Source: Acaryochloridaceae cyanobacterium VAR_48_metabat_390
Lineage (GTDB): Bacteria > Cyanobacteriota > Cyanobacteriia > Thermosynechococcales > Thermosynechococcaceae
Length of the DNA stretch: 30,959 nucleotides
Assembly: GCA_031422435.1 (NCBI GenBank)
Contig: JANPLU010000072.1
Coordinates: forward strand, 1 to 30,959
Direction: 5' to 3'
Shown here: piece by piece, positions 18,272 through 29,069 of the stretch
How the letters are laid out: each line of letters opens with the position of its first letter
Numbering within the stretch: the first letter of the stretch is position 1
Position numbers and translations under genes: made by a program
Notes under the pieces: model-generated
What the model was told of the DNA's origin: nothing
Databases searched by the model: none
The model's input: the letters and a program-made list of their open reading frames with translations, nothing else

Positions 18272-19132
18272 ATGACTGCAAATGCAAATACTATGCCGAC
18301 TGCACCATCGGGTGGTCACTCGTCTGCACTGAATTGGACAAATGTTGGATTTTTTGGGGTGTTCCACTTGATCGCGCTGCTGGTTGCGCCGTGGTTTTTC
18401 TCGTGGTCAGCCATTGGAGTTGCTTTGCTGCTGCACTGGCTTTTTGGGGGCATCGGCATTTGTCTGGGCTATCACCGAATGCTGAGCCACCGAAGCTTTC
18501 GGGTGCCGCAGTGGTTGGAGTACATTATCGTGACCCTGGGCGCACTTGCCATTCAGGGGGGACCAACCTTCTGGGTGAGTGGACACCGTCAGCACCACGC
18601 CCATACCGAGCATCTTGATAAAGACCCTTACTCTGCCCAGCGTGGGTTTTGGTGGAGCCACATGCAGTGGATTCTGTGCCCTCAGCCGGAGTTTTTTGAT
18701 GCTAATCTCTACCAAAAGTTTGCCCCAGACTTAATGCGTCAGCCCTACTATCGCTGGCTCGATCGCAACTTTTTGCTGCTGCAAGTACCGCTGGCGCTGC
18801 TGCTGTACGCCCTGGGTGGATGGTCGTTCGTGCTTTACGGAATCTTTGTGCGCTCCGTTTTGCTTTGGCACTCCACATGGCTCGTGAACTCTGCGTCTCA
18901 CCTTCGGGGCTACCGCACCTTTGAATCGAATGATGGCGCTCGTAATCTCTGGTGGGTTTCAGTTTTAACCTACGGTGAAGGCTGGCACAATAATCACCAC
19001 GCCTTTCCCCATGTTGCAAAGTCAGGCTTTCGCTGGTGGGAAATAGATGTGACCTGGTGGGCGATCGCCGCGCTCCAAAAGCTAGGTCTTGCCAAGAAGG
19101 TTGTGATGTATCCCAAAAGCCTACAGCCATAA
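18272..19132 (+). CDS. desC: Delta-9 acyl-lipid/acyl-CoA fatty acid desaturase (DesC-like)
   Basis: His boxes HRMLSH, HRQHH and HNNHH, plus GFWWSH and WWEIDVTW. Probable start ATG 18272 after AAGGA. Paralogue identity is uncertain. Confidence 0.88.
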   Translation: MTANANTMPTAPSGGHSSALNWTNVGFFGVFHLIALLVAPWFFSWSAIGVALLLHWLFGGIGICLGYHRMLSHRSFRVPQWLEYIIVTLGALAIQGGPTFWVSGHRQHHAHTEHLDKDPYSAQRGFWWSHMQWILCPQPEFFDANLYQKFAPDLMRQPYYRWLDRNFLLLQVPLALLLYALGGWSFVLYGIFVRSVLLWHSTWLVNSASHLRGYRTFESNDGARNLWWVSVLTYGEGWHNNHHAFPHVAKSGFRWWEIDVTWWAIAALQKLGLAKKVVMYPKSLQP

Positions 19133-19159
19133 GAGCCGCGTCATTCTTGGCTTGAATTA

Positions 19160-19200
19160 TAAAATACTCAGCAAGGCACTATGCCCTGCTGAGTATTTTA
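19160..19200. terminator. Bidirectional intrinsic terminator between convergent genes
   Basis: TAAAATACTCAGCA-aggcactatgccc-TGCTGAGTATTTTA. Confidence 0.8.
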
Positions 19201-19494
19201 CAAATTGGGCGGTCTTTTTTTGTTAATAGAGAGCATGGGCAGTTCTGCCTGAGAAGACTGAGACGGTAGGTAGTGCTGTGCCGCCAATGGTTCATCAGTC
19301 ATAATGTCTGGGCGGCGCAGGCTCTGGAGCAACTTTAGGCCAAGGGCACCCCCAAACATCATCACGCCTAAAATTAGCAGCCCGCCATGACTACTTGCCC
19401 CACCCAAGGCAACCTCCGCTGCCCCCATCGTCATGAAAAAGCTAGGGATAGGATCTCTGCGATAAGTTGACCGAAGAAAACGGGGCAAGAGCAT
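19198..19494 (-). CDS. Small membrane protein, hypothetical (cyanobacterial type)
   Basis: 98 aa, RFLRSTYRRDPIPSF followed by two hydrophobic segments. Confidence 0.7.
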   Translation of the reverse strand: MLLPRFLRSTYRRDPIPSFFMTMGAAEVALGGASSHGGLLILGVMMFGGALGLKLLQSLRRPDIMTDEPLAAQHYLPSQSSQAELPMLSINKKRPPNL

Positions 19495-19583
19495 GGTGAT
19501 TACAGGGCTTAGTGGGTTAATGTTGCGCTTAAGTGGCTCAATATTGATGGAGTCTCTACTCTAAACCTGCTGTATCGTCAACT

Positions 19584-19748
19584 CTAGCGCAGCCCCAGCC
19601 AGGTCAATACACCTTGCCCCGTCAGGGCTTCAATGACCACCGCCACAATAAATCCCAGCATTGCGGCGCGGCCATTTAAGCGCTCGACGTAGTCGTTAAA
19701 CCCATACTTTGAGCTAGAAACTTTGGGGACTTGAGTGGGCTGAATCAT
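19584..19748 (-). CDS. hli: High-light-inducible protein (Hli/SCP, CAB/ELIP family), 54 aa
   Basis: Below the ORF-track cutoff. Manual translation gives MIQPTQVPKVSSSKYGFNDYVERLNGRAAMLGFIVAVVIEALTGQGVLTWLGLR, with the ExxNGRxAMxG chlorophyll-binding motif. Extended -10 TGtTAGAAT at 19813-19805. Confidence 0.95.
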   Translation of the reverse strand: MIQPTQVPKVSSSKYGFNDYVERLNGRAAMLGFIVAVVIEALTGQGVLTWLGLR

Positions 19749-19855
19749 AAACACACCAAATTTTTGTGGGCTAATGGGATCGGCGTTAAGCCTCAGTGTT
19801 AATTATTCTAACAAAAGATTAGATTCGCCTTGAGAACGCCTACTTGGTACGCCCA

Positions 19856-20710
19856 TTAAGTGCGCCAAAGGGCATCCGCTACTCGGCACACGTCCACCAT
19901 TTCAGAGCCATCATGCACCCTGAGAATATCTGCACCTCCTACGATCGCCCCACAGCAGGCCGCAGCCGTTCCCCAAACTCGCTGAGTCGGATCCGGCTGA
20001 TTGAGGATATGACCAATAAAGCTTTTGCGCGAAGGCCCCACTAGGATAGGGCAGCTCAAAGCCTGAAATGCCGAAAGATGTTTCAGGAGTTCGATACTCT
20101 GGTATGCCGCCTTTGCAAACCCAATGCCCGGATCGACCGCAATGTAGTGACGAGGAACACCCGCTGCGATCGCCGCTTCAATGCGTTCTTTTAGCCATGC
20201 AGTCACTTCACCCACCACATCCTGGTAGTCGGTCATCTGCTGCATGGTCTTGGCATTGCCTCGGATATGCATTAGCACAATGGGCACGCTTAGCTCTGCG
20301 GCAGTGGCAAGCATTTCAAGATCATAGGTTGCGCCAGAAATATCGTTGATAAGGTCAGCCCCTGCGGCGATCGCCGCCCTTGCTACAGCGGCCTTGGTGG
20401 TATCGACCGAAATGGGCACCTCAGATACCTGCCGAATCGCCTTAATCACAGGGATCACGCGATCTAGCTCAGTCTGGAGCAATAAATCTTCTGCATTGGG
20501 GCGCGTAGACTGCCCTCCAATGTCGAGGATGTCTACCCCCGCCTGCTCTAGCTTCTGGGCTTGGTCTACGGCAGCTTCTGTAGTGTGGAATTGCCCACCA
20601 TCGCTGAAGCTATCGGGCGTAACGTTGAGGATACCCATGGTATAGGTGCGCTGACCCCAGTAGAAGAGGCGATTGCGCAGTAACCAAGGTGTTAAGTGGG
20701 CTGCTTTCAT
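19856..20710 (-). CDS. folP: Dihydropteroate synthase
   Basis: MGILNVTPDSFSDGG, ISVDT, DPGIGF, SRKSFIG and ILRVHD motifs. Confidence 0.97.
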   Translation of the reverse strand: MKAAHLTPWLLRNRLFYWGQRTYTMGILNVTPDSFSDGGQFHTTEAAVDQAQKLEQAGVDILDIGGQSTRPNAEDLLLQTELDRVIPVIKAIRQVSEVPISVDTTKAAVARAAIAAGADLINDISGATYDLEMLATAAELSVPIVLMHIRGNAKTMQQMTDYQDVVGEVTAWLKERIEAAIAAGVPRHYIAVDPGIGFAKAAYQSIELLKHLSAFQALSCPILVGPSRKSFIGHILNQPDPTQRVWGTAAACCGAIVGGADILRVHDGSEMVDVCRVADALWRT

Positions 20711-20885
20711 CCCAATGACTGCGATAGGTTTGTTTTGGAGGGTCTTCAGCGGTACTATGAAATGCCATAAGTTTCTGACGTATAGTAGCTAATGCACGGC
20801 TTAAGCGTGAGTTCGCCCTCGACAAACTTAACATTTTGACGTTAATTAACGCTGCTCTTATTCGCTGTATCTGGTATCACACCTT

Positions 20886-21833
20886 ATGACTCAAATGGAT
20901 TTTGCAGCACAGAAAATTTTGGTCACGGGTGGCGCTGGCTTTTTGGGGAAACAGGTCATTGCCCAACTGCTTAAGGCAGGCGCACAAGCAGAAAATATTT
21001 CAGTCCCTCGTTCTAAAACCTGCGACCTGCGATCGCTTGAGCAGTGTGAAGCTGCTGTGAAGGGGCAAGATTTGGTCATTCACCTAGCGGCGCACGTCGG
21101 CGGTATTGGACTCAATCTAGTAAAACCTGCTGAGCTGTTTTACGACAACCTCATGATGGGGACGCAGCTTATTCATGCCGCTTACCAGGCTGGGGTTAAG
21201 AAATTTGTGTGCGCGGGGACGATTTGCGCTTATCCCAAATTTACGCCTGTTCCGTTTAAAGAAGAGGATCTCTGGAATGGCTATCCAGAAGAAACCAATG
21301 CCCCCTACGGCGTTGCCAAAAAGGCACTCTTAGTTCAGCTTCAGGCCTACCGTCAACAGTATGGATTTGACGGAATCTTTTTACTGCCTGTGAATCTTTA
21401 TGGCCCTGAAGATAATTTCAACCCCGCAAGTTCCCACGTTATTCCGGCGCTGATTCGTAAAGTTTATGAGGCCAAGCAGCAGGGCTTAAAACATTTGCCA
21501 GTGTGGGGCGATGGTAGCCCCACACGAGAATTTCTGTTTTCTGAAGATGCGGCACGCGGCATTGTGATGGGTGCCCAACTATATGACGACGCGGAACCTG
21601 TGAATTTAGGCACAAACCATGAAATTTCAATTCGGGATTTGGTTGAGTTAATTTGTCGCCTGATGGCGTTTGATGGGGAACTCGTTTGGGAAACCGATCA
21701 GCCCAATGGTCAACCCCGCCGCTGTTTAGATACGACTCGTGCAAAAGCAGCCTTCGGGTTTACAGCTCAGGTGAGTCTAGAAGAAGGGTTGCGTCGAACC
21801 ATTGATTGGTACAGTCAGCGTCCTGACTCATGA
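20886..21833 (+). CDS. fcl: GDP-L-fucose synthase
   Basis: [42 protein letters not shown] and [10 protein letters not shown] motifs. Confidence 0.93.
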   Translation: MTQMDFAAQKILVTGGAGFLGKQVIAQLLKAGAQAENISVPRSKTCDLRSLEQCEAAVKGQDLVIHLAAHVGGIGLNLVKPAELFYDNLMMGTQLIHAAYQAGVKKFVCAGTICAYPKFTPVPFKEEDLWNGYPEETNAPYGVAKKALLVQLQAYRQQYGFDGIFLLPVNLYGPEDNFNPASSHVIPALIRKVYEAKQQGLKHLPVWGDGSPTREFLFSEDAARGIVMGAQLYDDAEPVNLGTNHEISIRDLVELICRLMAFDGELVWETDQPNGQPRRCLDTTRAKAAFGFTAQVSLEEGLRRTIDWYSQRPDS

Positions 21834-21917
21834 TTGTGAATTGGCAAGGCTACCTATCTCTTAACGAAAGGACGGAACGATTACCGCTACCCTAGGGTCG
21901 GCAAACGGCAATGCCGC

Positions 21918-22865
21918 CTAGCGTAATTTCTTTGCTACGATCGTGCGATGGCGCGGGTCGCTAGCAACCGTAATCGGCGTTTCAAACCCTACTTGAGTGA
22001 GCGCCGCCTCTACATCAAAGGTGTAATAGTCATCACTCCAAGGCTCTGTGCTTTTCATTAGCGTAAACAGCACAGGCGGTAGGTTTTGAATCACAGGCGA
22101 TTGCGGGTTGTTGTCTACAATTGCCAAACATCCACCTAGACGAAGCAGCCGCAGCGCTTCTTGAAACACCGCGCTACTGGCTTCACGAGGTAGCTCGTGA
22201 ATCAAAAACTGGAGCGTAATTAAATCAAAAGATTCATCAGGCAATCCAGTGGCCTCACCCTTGCAATGGATCCACTGAGCCACCTCGTTTTGAGCATCTC
22301 GCACCTGCGCTACCGACAGCATATAGGGTGACAGATCTAATCCCACCGTGTTAACCGATAGACCCTTGCTGGCATAGTAGCGATGGAGCGTGAGGGTAGA
22401 AATGCCAACGGAGCAGCCAATATCCAAGATATCTTTGACCTGCTCGGGGCCGTGGTCTGCTAGCACCCCATGAAAGCTTGAGCGCAGCCGATCTTGAGCG
22501 GCCTGCCACGTTAGATTTTCTGCGAGCCATACCCGCATCGCCATTGAGTAGGTTGCGGGTTCTGCTTCAAAGGCTGCCAACCAGCAGAGATTACCTTCGT
22601 CGTAGGCATGGAAGGGCACATTGTAGTAGTCAGGATAAGTGACGCTAGGATCGGTGATTTGATCTAGTTGTGCTTGAATGCCAGATGCTTCAAAGTCCTG
22701 CACCGTCTGCCGCCAGGGGATGCCATTTTTCTCGGCAGTGTTAATCAACACCTTGCGTGCCTGCTGTTTCATTAGCCCATAGATGGGCTTGGTCTTAATG
22801 AGTCCATTCACCACCTGAGACAGAAGGTTTTCGCCAGCCCAGTCAGGCTTTAGTTTTACGGTCAT
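21918..22865 (-). CDS. Class I SAM-dependent methyltransferase
   Basis: ILDIGCSVG, GLDLSPYML and SFDLIT motifs, plus an N-terminal YPDYYxxPFHAYxxGNL motif. Confidence 0.9.
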   Translation of the reverse strand: MTVKLKPDWAGENLLSQVVNGLIKTKPIYGLMKQQARKVLINTAEKNGIPWRQTVQDFEASGIQAQLDQITDPSVTYPDYYNVPFHAYDEGNLCWLAAFEAEPATYSMAMRVWLAENLTWQAAQDRLRSSFHGVLADHGPEQVKDILDIGCSVGISTLTLHRYYASKGLSVNTVGLDLSPYMLSVAQVRDAQNEVAQWIHCKGEATGLPDESFDLITLQFLIHELPREASSAVFQEALRLLRLGGCLAIVDNNPQSPVIQNLPPVLFTLMKSTEPWSDDYYTFDVEAALTQVGFETPITVASDPRHRTIVAKKLR

Positions 22866-22940
22866 TGCTCTCTTTGGTATGTGGGCAGAGGTATTAAGAA
22901 AGACGCTATTGTAATCTTAAAGCGCTGAGGGCGCAGGAAA

Positions 22941-23528
22941 TTAAGGGGTGCCTCTTTGCGCAGAATCGTACAGGGTGTGTTGATGGATATAGGTGGCGAT
23001 CGCCGGAATCATCACATCTTCTGCCTTCTTCTGCCGATACTCGGTAGATGACACATCTGGCCCTACAAAATCTGCTGCCACCTTCAGGGTTGCGCCCAAT
23101 GTCTGAAGGGTGTTAAGGTCTGCACCGCTCACAGGAAATCCTGGGCGCGGCACAATTTGTAAGTGAACAACCTTCAACAACTCATTAATACGGTACCAAC
23201 TGGGCAGAGACTCCAGCACATCAGAACCCACGACTAAAACAAGCTGCGCCTGAGGCCAGTCTCGCTGAGCAAGATGAACGGAATTGAGCGATCGCCCATC
23301 ACTCAAGTGAGGGCACAGCCGCACATTAGAATATTGCTGCCCCACAGACTCTAGCAGCAGCGCCAGCATAGCCTGCCGATGCACCAAAGGCGTTTGACCG
23401 ACCTTAAAGGGGTTATCTGCAGCCCAAACCGCCACCTCATCAAAGCGGGTTGCCAGCCATTCCACGATGGCTCGATGTCCGGTTGTGGGCGGGTCGGCAC
23501 TGGTGCCAAAAAGCGCAACTTGAGCCAT
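22941..23528 (-). CDS. nadD: Nicotinate-nucleotide adenylyltransferase
   Basis: ALFGTSADPPTTGH, NPFK, VVGSD and VSSTEYR motifs. Start ATG 23528 avoids overlap with valS. Confidence 0.9.
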   Translation of the reverse strand: MAQVALFGTSADPPTTGHRAIVEWLATRFDEVAVWAADNPFKVGQTPLVHRQAMLALLLESVGQQYSNVRLCPHLSDGRSLNSVHLAQRDWPQAQLVLVVGSDVLESLPSWYRINELLKVVHLQIVPRPGFPVSGADLNTLQTLGATLKVAADFVGPDVSSTEYRQKKAEDVMIPAIATYIHQHTLYDSAQRGTP

Positions 23529-23544
23529 AAATTTAGGCAACGAC

Positions 23545-26500
23545 CTAGAGACGAGCGAGGCGATCGCACAAAATCTCAACCTGTTTCTCGGCTTCTGCAA
23601 GAGTATCCCGTGCGCCCTGCACTACTTCTGGCGGGGCCTGGTCTACAAACTTTTGGTTTTGGAGACGACCTTGAAAAGACTGCACTTCTTTTTCAGCCTT
23701 CGCAAGGTCTTTTTCGAGTTTGGCGCGGAGTGCGTCAATATCAATCACGCCTGCTAAAGGAATCAGCACCTGTACGGTTCCGGTAACTCCCACCATCGTT
23801 TGCTTAAGGTCATCTTCAATCACTGTGGTAGCAATGGTGAGTTCTGCCACCTTTGCCAGATCTTTGATGTAGTCTTGACCGTTGGTGAGGGCAAGACGTT
23901 CGCGTTCGCTTTCACTTTGCAGCGTGACCGCAATGGGTAGCCCAGGCTTGATGCTGGCCTCTTGGCGCAGGTTACGGATGGTGCGGATGGTGTCGATAAT
24001 CAGCTCAAACTGCGCTTCAATACCAAGCGGGGCAGATGCCGTTTGTGTTATGAGTGCGCGATCTGAAGTCTTGATGGCTCGCAGTCGCTGAAGAGCAAGG
24101 ACGGCGGTGTTGTCTTCCAATACCTCCGCCGTTTGCTCAGATGTGTTGTTAGCTCCGTCTCGAATAGACTTGAGAATCTTTTGCTTTTCTTCGCCTAGGG
24201 AACGAGTGAAGGCTTGACGGCGATCGCTCCACAGCAAATTCTTATAGATAAACTGCCCTAGGTAATACAGCCCGAATAGCTCTAGGGTGGGTTCTACAAA
24301 GGGCACAGCGTTGAGAGTGCTGATCACGCCATCCAATACATTAAACCCAATAATGGCGGCTACTACACCCAGCCCAATTAACAGCACCTGCTTGTACTGC
24401 AACGCAAACTTAATAAGTTGCCCTGGTTCAGACAAAACGTTGAGAGAGGGTTTTTCGGTCTTAGGCATAGCGGCTGCTGATGCGGTGGCGGTAGCTTCCT
24501 CCGGTTCGGCGGGGTTCCAAGGGTCGTCGTTATCTAGGCTGGTCTGCACTACTGGAGCAGCAGCTTTTGGATAAGGCTGAAGTGCCAAAAACTGATCTGC
24601 GCTGGCTTGGGTAAGGGTATGCCAAATTTCTTCTGTCACATGAGGCATAAACGGATGCAAAAGCTTGAGCGTGCCCTCTAAGACATAGGCTAAAGTCTGC
24701 TGTGCTGCAAGGCGAGAGGGGCTGTCATCTTGACGAAGGCGGGGCTTAACCAGCTCGATGTACCAGTCACAGAAATCGCCCCACATAAACTCGTAAAGCC
24801 CCTTGGCGGCTTCTCCTAATCCGTAGCTATCAATAGATGTACGGGTTTGGGTCACAAGACGCTCAAATTTTTCTAAAATCCAGCGATCTGCGAGTTCTAA
24901 GTTGTCTCGGTTGGGGTTGCCTAACTGAGCTGGAGTCTGCCCATTGAGGTTAATCATCACAAACCGAGAGGCATTCCAAAGCTTGTTGGCAAAGTTACGG
25001 GATGCTTCTACAGATCCTGATTCGTCGGTGGCGCGGTTGTACTCTAGGCGGATATCTTGCCCTGCCCCCGCCACTTCACGGATAAGGGCATAGCGCAGGG
25101 CATCGGTGCCATACTTTTCGATCAGAATCAGCGGGTTAATGCCGTTGTCTGCCGACTTCGACATTTTCTTGCCGTTTTCATCTCGCACCAAGCCGTGAAT
25201 GTACACATCCTTAAACGGAATTTGCCCCGTAAAGTGTGAGGCCATCAGCGCCATCCGCGCTACCCAGAAAAAGATGATGTCAAATCCGGTGACGAGGGTG
25301 GTGGTGGGGTAGTAAAAGTTTAGGTCGGCGGTTTGCTCAGGCCAGCCCAAGGTCGAAAAAGGCCACAGCCCAGACGAAAACCAGGTGTCAAGGACGTCCG
25401 GATCCTGCTGAATTTTGACCTGATCGCCAAACTGAGCGACGGCTTTTTCCCAGGCTTCAGCTTCAGACTTTGCCACCACAAAAGGGGTGTTGTCTCTAAT
25501 CTCACCCTCGGTTTCGCTGACGGCATACCAAGCAGGGATTTGATGCCCCCACCATAACTGCCGCGAAATACACCAGTCTTTGAGGTTCACCAGCCAGTCG
25601 CGGTAGACTTTGCCCCAGCGCTCTGGCACAAAGTGAGGGGACTGTTCCTCGTCTAAAAAGGCTAGGGTCTTTTGGGCAATTGGCTCAATTTTGACAAACC
25701 ACTGCGTTGAAATCAGCGGCTCTACAGGCACCTTACCGCGATCGCTGTAGGGTACGGTGTGCTTGTAGTCTTCAATTTTGACCAGCGCCCCTTCCGTTTG
25801 CAGCCACTCAATGACTTCTTTTCGCGCTTCAAAGCGGTCTAAGCCTTCAAATGGTCCACCATTCTCGTTGAGAGTGCCATCTTTGTTGAGGATGTTAATG
25901 AAGGGCAAATTGTGGCGCTGACCCATTGCAAAGTCATTGGGGTCGTGGGCGGGGGTGACTTTCACGCAGCCCGTCCCAAATGTAGGGTCTACCAGTTCAT
26001 CCCCAATAATGGGAATCTCGCGCTCCATGATGGGTAGCTTGAGGGTTTTGCCAATCAGGTGCCTGTAGCGATCGTCTTCTGGATTAACTGCCACTGCCGT
26101 ATCGCCCAGCATGGTTTCTGGACGAGTAGTCGCTACCTCTACATAGCCTGACCCATCCGTCAGCGGGTAGCGGAAGTGCCACAGGTTGCCGTCTACTTCT
26201 TTACTCTCTACCTCTAGATCAGAGACGGCAGACTGACTGGCGGGGCACCAGTTAACCATGTAGTTGCCGCGATAAATTAGCCCTTCTTCGTAAAAACGCA
26301 CAAAAGCTTCTAAAACGGCCTTAGACAACCCCTCATCCATCGTGAAGCGCTCGCGGCTCCAATCTACAGAGACACCCAATCGCCGAAGCTGGTTAACAAT
26401 AGTGCCGCCAGATTCCGCCTTCCACTGCCAAGCTTTCTCTAAAAATGCTTCGCGCCCAATGTCATTGCGCGTTTTATCTTCGGCCTTAAGCTGCCGCTCT

Positions 26501-26790
26501 AAAATGGTTTGCACCGCAATGCTGGCGTGGTCTGTACCAGGGAGCCATAGGGTATTGCGCCCAATCATGCGGTGGTAGCGCACGAGGGTATCAATCAGCG
26601 CACTTTCAAAGGCGTGACCCATGTGGAGACTGCCCGTCACGTTAGGGGGCGGAATCACGACGCAGTAGGGTTCTCCTCCTTTAGACGCATCGGCTTGAAA
26701 GGCATGGTTGTCTTCCCAAAGAGCCTGCCACTTGACTTCGGTGGCGCTGGGTTCGTACTGGCTGGAGAGGGCGGGGAGGGTTTCTGTCAT
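23545..26790 (-). CDS. valS: Valine--tRNA ligase with an inserted CAAD membrane-anchor domain
   Basis: [13 protein letters not shown] (HIGH), [20 protein letters not shown] and KMSKS motifs, and a C-terminal coiled coil. An insertion of ~180 aa carries two TM helices. Confidence 0.98.
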   Translation of the reverse strand: MTETLPALSSQYEPSATEVKWQALWEDNHAFQADASKGGEPYCVVIPPPNVTGSLHMGHAFESALIDTLVRYHRMIGRNTLWLPGTDHASIAVQTILERQLKAEDKTRNDIGREAFLEKAWQWKAESGGTIVNQLRRLGVSVDWSRERFTMDEGLSKAVLEAFVRFYEEGLIYRGNYMVNWCPASQSAVSDLEVESKEVDGNLWHFRYPLTDGSGYVEVATTRPETMLGDTAVAVNPEDDRYRHLIGKTLKLPIMEREIPIIGDELVDPTFGTGCVKVTPAHDPNDFAMGQRHNLPFINILNKDGTLNENGGPFEGLDRFEARKEVIEWLQTEGALVKIEDYKHTVPYSDRGKVPVEPLISTQWFVKIEPIAQKTLAFLDEEQSPHFVPERWGKVYRDWLVNLKDWCISRQLWWGHQIPAWYAVSETEGEIRDNTPFVVAKSEAEAWEKAVAQFGDQVKIQQDPDVLDTWFSSGLWPFSTLGWPEQTADLNFYYPTTTLVTGFDIIFFWVARMALMASHFTGQIPFKDVYIHGLVRDENGKKMSKSADNGINPLILIEKYGTDALRYALIREVAGAGQDIRLEYNRATDESGSVEASRNFANKLWNASRFVMINLNGQTPAQLGNPNRDNLELADRWILEKFERLVTQTRTSIDSYGLGEAAKGLYEFMWGDFCDWYIELVKPRLRQDDSPSRLAAQQTLAYVLEGTLKLLHPFMPHVTEEIWHTLTQASADQFLALQPYPKAAAPVVQTSLDNDDPWNPAEPEEATATASAAAMPKTEKPSLNVLSEPGQLIKFALQYKQVLLIGLGVVAAIIGFNVLDGVISTLNAVPFVEPTLELFGLYYLGQFIYKNLLWSDRRQAFTRSLGEEKQKILKSIRDGANNTSEQTAEVLEDNTAVLALQRLRAIKTSDRALITQTASAPLGIEAQFELIIDTIRTIRNLRQEASIKPGLPIAVTLQSESERERLALTNGQDYIKDLAKVAELTIATTVIEDDLKQTMVGVTGTVQVLIPLAGVIDIDALRAKLEKDLAKAEKEVQSFQGRLQNQKFVDQAPPEVVQGARDTLAEAEKQVEILCDRLARL

Positions 26791-27081
26791 GGAAGTCTGT
26801 CAGGGGGTAAGGATGCGATCGCATAGGACTCGCTTAAAATCCGGTTCAAGGAGGAGCGTTATGGCTCCTATCCTCAATCTCTAAAAACTCTATGATACCG
26901 TCATCCCTGAAGGGTTGATGACCGAATTGAAAGGTAGACCTTAACCTAGTCTTAGTGTGCGATCGCATTCTTTGAATGATATCAATGGAATATTCCATTC
27001 AATACTCAAGGTATAAAAGCGTCGTATGTTTTATCCTGAGTTTGAGTGGATATTTTGTTTGTGTGATGATGTGAGGTGTGT

Positions 27082-28791
27082 ATGAGTTTTAGTAAGTTTC
27101 AGTTCTCTTGGCTAATTCAGCCAGCATTTTTGGGTCTCGCTGCAGGCAGCTCTTTCTTTTTAGCAGGGACAGCAAAAGCCAGTGAACTCGTTGAGTCTAC
27201 TGCTTCCGCTACGCTACCGACTGCTTCAACAAGCGTACTATCTGCCCCCGATGCATTACCTGGAACCTTTTCACCCCTGGTAGCGGATGTCACTAGCTCG
27301 ACCGATGCAGGTCAAGTCACCTCCGTTTCTCAGCTATCCGATGTGCAGCCCACCGACTGGGCATTTCAGGCGCTGCAATCTTTGGTTGAGCGCTATGGCT
27401 GTATTGCGGGTTATCCTGATGGCACCTTCCGAGGCAACCGTGCTGCAACCCGTTATGAGTTGGCTGCCGCACTCAACGCTTGCTTAGACCAAATTAGCGA
27501 CAGATTTGCCACCAAAGAAGATCTTGCCACTGTCAAAGCGCTGCAAGAAGAATTTAGAACTGAGCTTGCAACCCTTAAAGGCCGAGTGGATGGCTTAGAA
27601 GCCCGTACTAAGACCCTCGAAGCTCAGCAGTTTTCGACCACTACCAAGCTTAGTGGTGAAGTCCTTTTCGTTGTATCTGAAGTGTTTTCAGGTGACGACC
27701 GCAAAGCCGTTTCTGCGCTTCAGGCTAGAGATCCCCTGAATGCTCGTCCTATTTTTGGCAGCCGTGCCCGTTTGAACTTTGATACTAGCTTCAACGGTAC
27801 AGATCGTTTGCGCGTCAGGCTTCAAGCACGGGACATCGAAAGTTTCTCGGCTGTGAGTGGAACTAACATGGCGCGGCTGGGCTATGACGGAGACAACAAC
27901 AACCAATTTCAACTAGACGACCTTTGGTATCGTTTCAACATTGGCAAAAAAGCAAGAGTAACCGTCATTGCAAACTCAGGTGAATTTAACGACTTTGTTG
28001 GCGATACTTTTAATCCCTACTTGTCTAGCAGTGCAAATGGTTCAATATCACGTTTTGGTCGATTCAACCCAATTTATAGATTCTCAGATAGCAGTGTTGG
28101 CAGTTCTGGAGTTGTCGTTAACTACAAGTTTAATGACAAATTGGCTGCCTCTGTCGGGTATTTAGCAGATAGTCCAAAAACATCTGTTGGGCCAACAGGT
28201 GGTCTATTTGGTGGCTCTTATTCAGCCCTTGCTCAACTAGAGTTCAAGCCAACAAAAAATCTAGGTTTAGGCATTACTTATGTTCGTTCGTTCCAGGAAA
28301 GTGGCCTTGTAAGCTTAGCTGGTGGGACAGGCAGTAGCCTTGCCAATCGCCCCTTCGGTAACGTCGGAACTGAATCAAACTCAGCAGGGCTGGAGTTTAC
28401 TTGGAAACTGGCAAAGTGGCTCAATATTTCCGGTTGGGGTGGCGTTACCTTTGCTGAGTCAACTGTTAACAATGATTCTGCTACAGTTTTAAACTGGGCC
28501 ACTACGCTGGTTTTCCCTGACCTCCTCATCCCTGGCAATATGGGTGCATTGGTCATCGGTCAACAGCCTAGAATTGTTGGCGGTAGCGTATCCAGCTGTG
28601 GGGCATCAGGTTCAAGTCAAAATGCTGTTCCAGATTGCGACATGAACTTACATCTAGAGGCACTCTACAAGTTTAAGGTCAACGGCAATATCACAGTTAC
28701 TCCTGGAGTAATTGTGATTCTCAACCCAGAAAACAACGAGCGCAACAGCACTGAGTTTGTGCCTGTCGTTAGAACAACCTTTACGTTCTAA
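27082..28791 (+). CDS. SLH-domain outer-membrane porin (SomA/OprB, 'iron uptake porin' family)
   Basis: Signal peptide, QVTSVSQLSDVQPTDWAFQALQSLVERYGCIAGYPD (SLH), coiled coil, FSTTTKL, and C-terminal RTTFTF. Confidence 0.95.
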   Translation: MSFSKFQFSWLIQPAFLGLAAGSSFFLAGTAKASELVESTASATLPTASTSVLSAPDALPGTFSPLVADVTSSTDAGQVTSVSQLSDVQPTDWAFQALQSLVERYGCIAGYPDGTFRGNRAATRYELAAALNACLDQISDRFATKEDLATVKALQEEFRTELATLKGRVDGLEARTKTLEAQQFSTTTKLSGEVLFVVSEVFSGDDRKAVSALQARDPLNARPIFGSRARLNFDTSFNGTDRLRVRLQARDIESFSAVSGTNMARLGYDGDNNNQFQLDDLWYRFNIGKKARVTVIANSGEFNDFVGDTFNPYLSSSANGSISRFGRFNPIYRFSDSSVGSSGVVVNYKFNDKLAASVGYLADSPKTSVGPTGGLFGGSYSALAQLEFKPTKNLGLGITYVRSFQESGLVSLAGGTGSSLANRPFGNVGTESNSAGLEFTWKLAKWLNISGWGGVTFAESTVNNDSATVLNWATTLVFPDLLIPGNMGALVIGQQPRIVGGSVSSCGASGSSQNAVPDCDMNLHLEALYKFKVNGNITVTPGVIVILNPENNERNSTEFVPVVRTTFTF

Positions 28792-28847
28792 ATCGTTACT
28801 TAACCTCTTTTTATCCCAAGTTTTGGAACTGATTTAGCTTCATAGAC

Positions 28848-28879
28848 AAGCAGAACTCTAGCGCTAGAGTTCTGCTTTT
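28848..28879 (+). terminator. Intrinsic terminator after the porin gene
   Basis: Perfect 30-bp palindrome AAGCAGAACTCTAGCGCTAGAGTTCTGCTT ending in a short T run. Confidence 0.8.
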
Positions 28880-29069
28880 GTGTTTGAGCAGCCTGAAATT
28901 GTCAAGGGTCAAAATTGACCCTTGACAATCTGCCTGATAATTGAGGATTATATTTAGTTGGCGCTATTGCGCTCGCTCGGATCAGGTGAACTGACTTTAT
29001 AAACTTGGATTTCATCAGCCACGGTTATTAACCAAGTACCTGTACGGCGGAACAAAAATAAGGTGAACT

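Noticed and set aside
23529..23600. N-terminal extension of nadD overlapping valS
   Set aside because: The conserved NadD fold starts at ATG 23528.
28975..29050. Possible ribosomal-protein leader RNA upstream of rplU (CAGGT/ACCTG pairing, GGTTA-T-TAACC)
   Set aside because: The pairings are too short to support without a covariation analysis.
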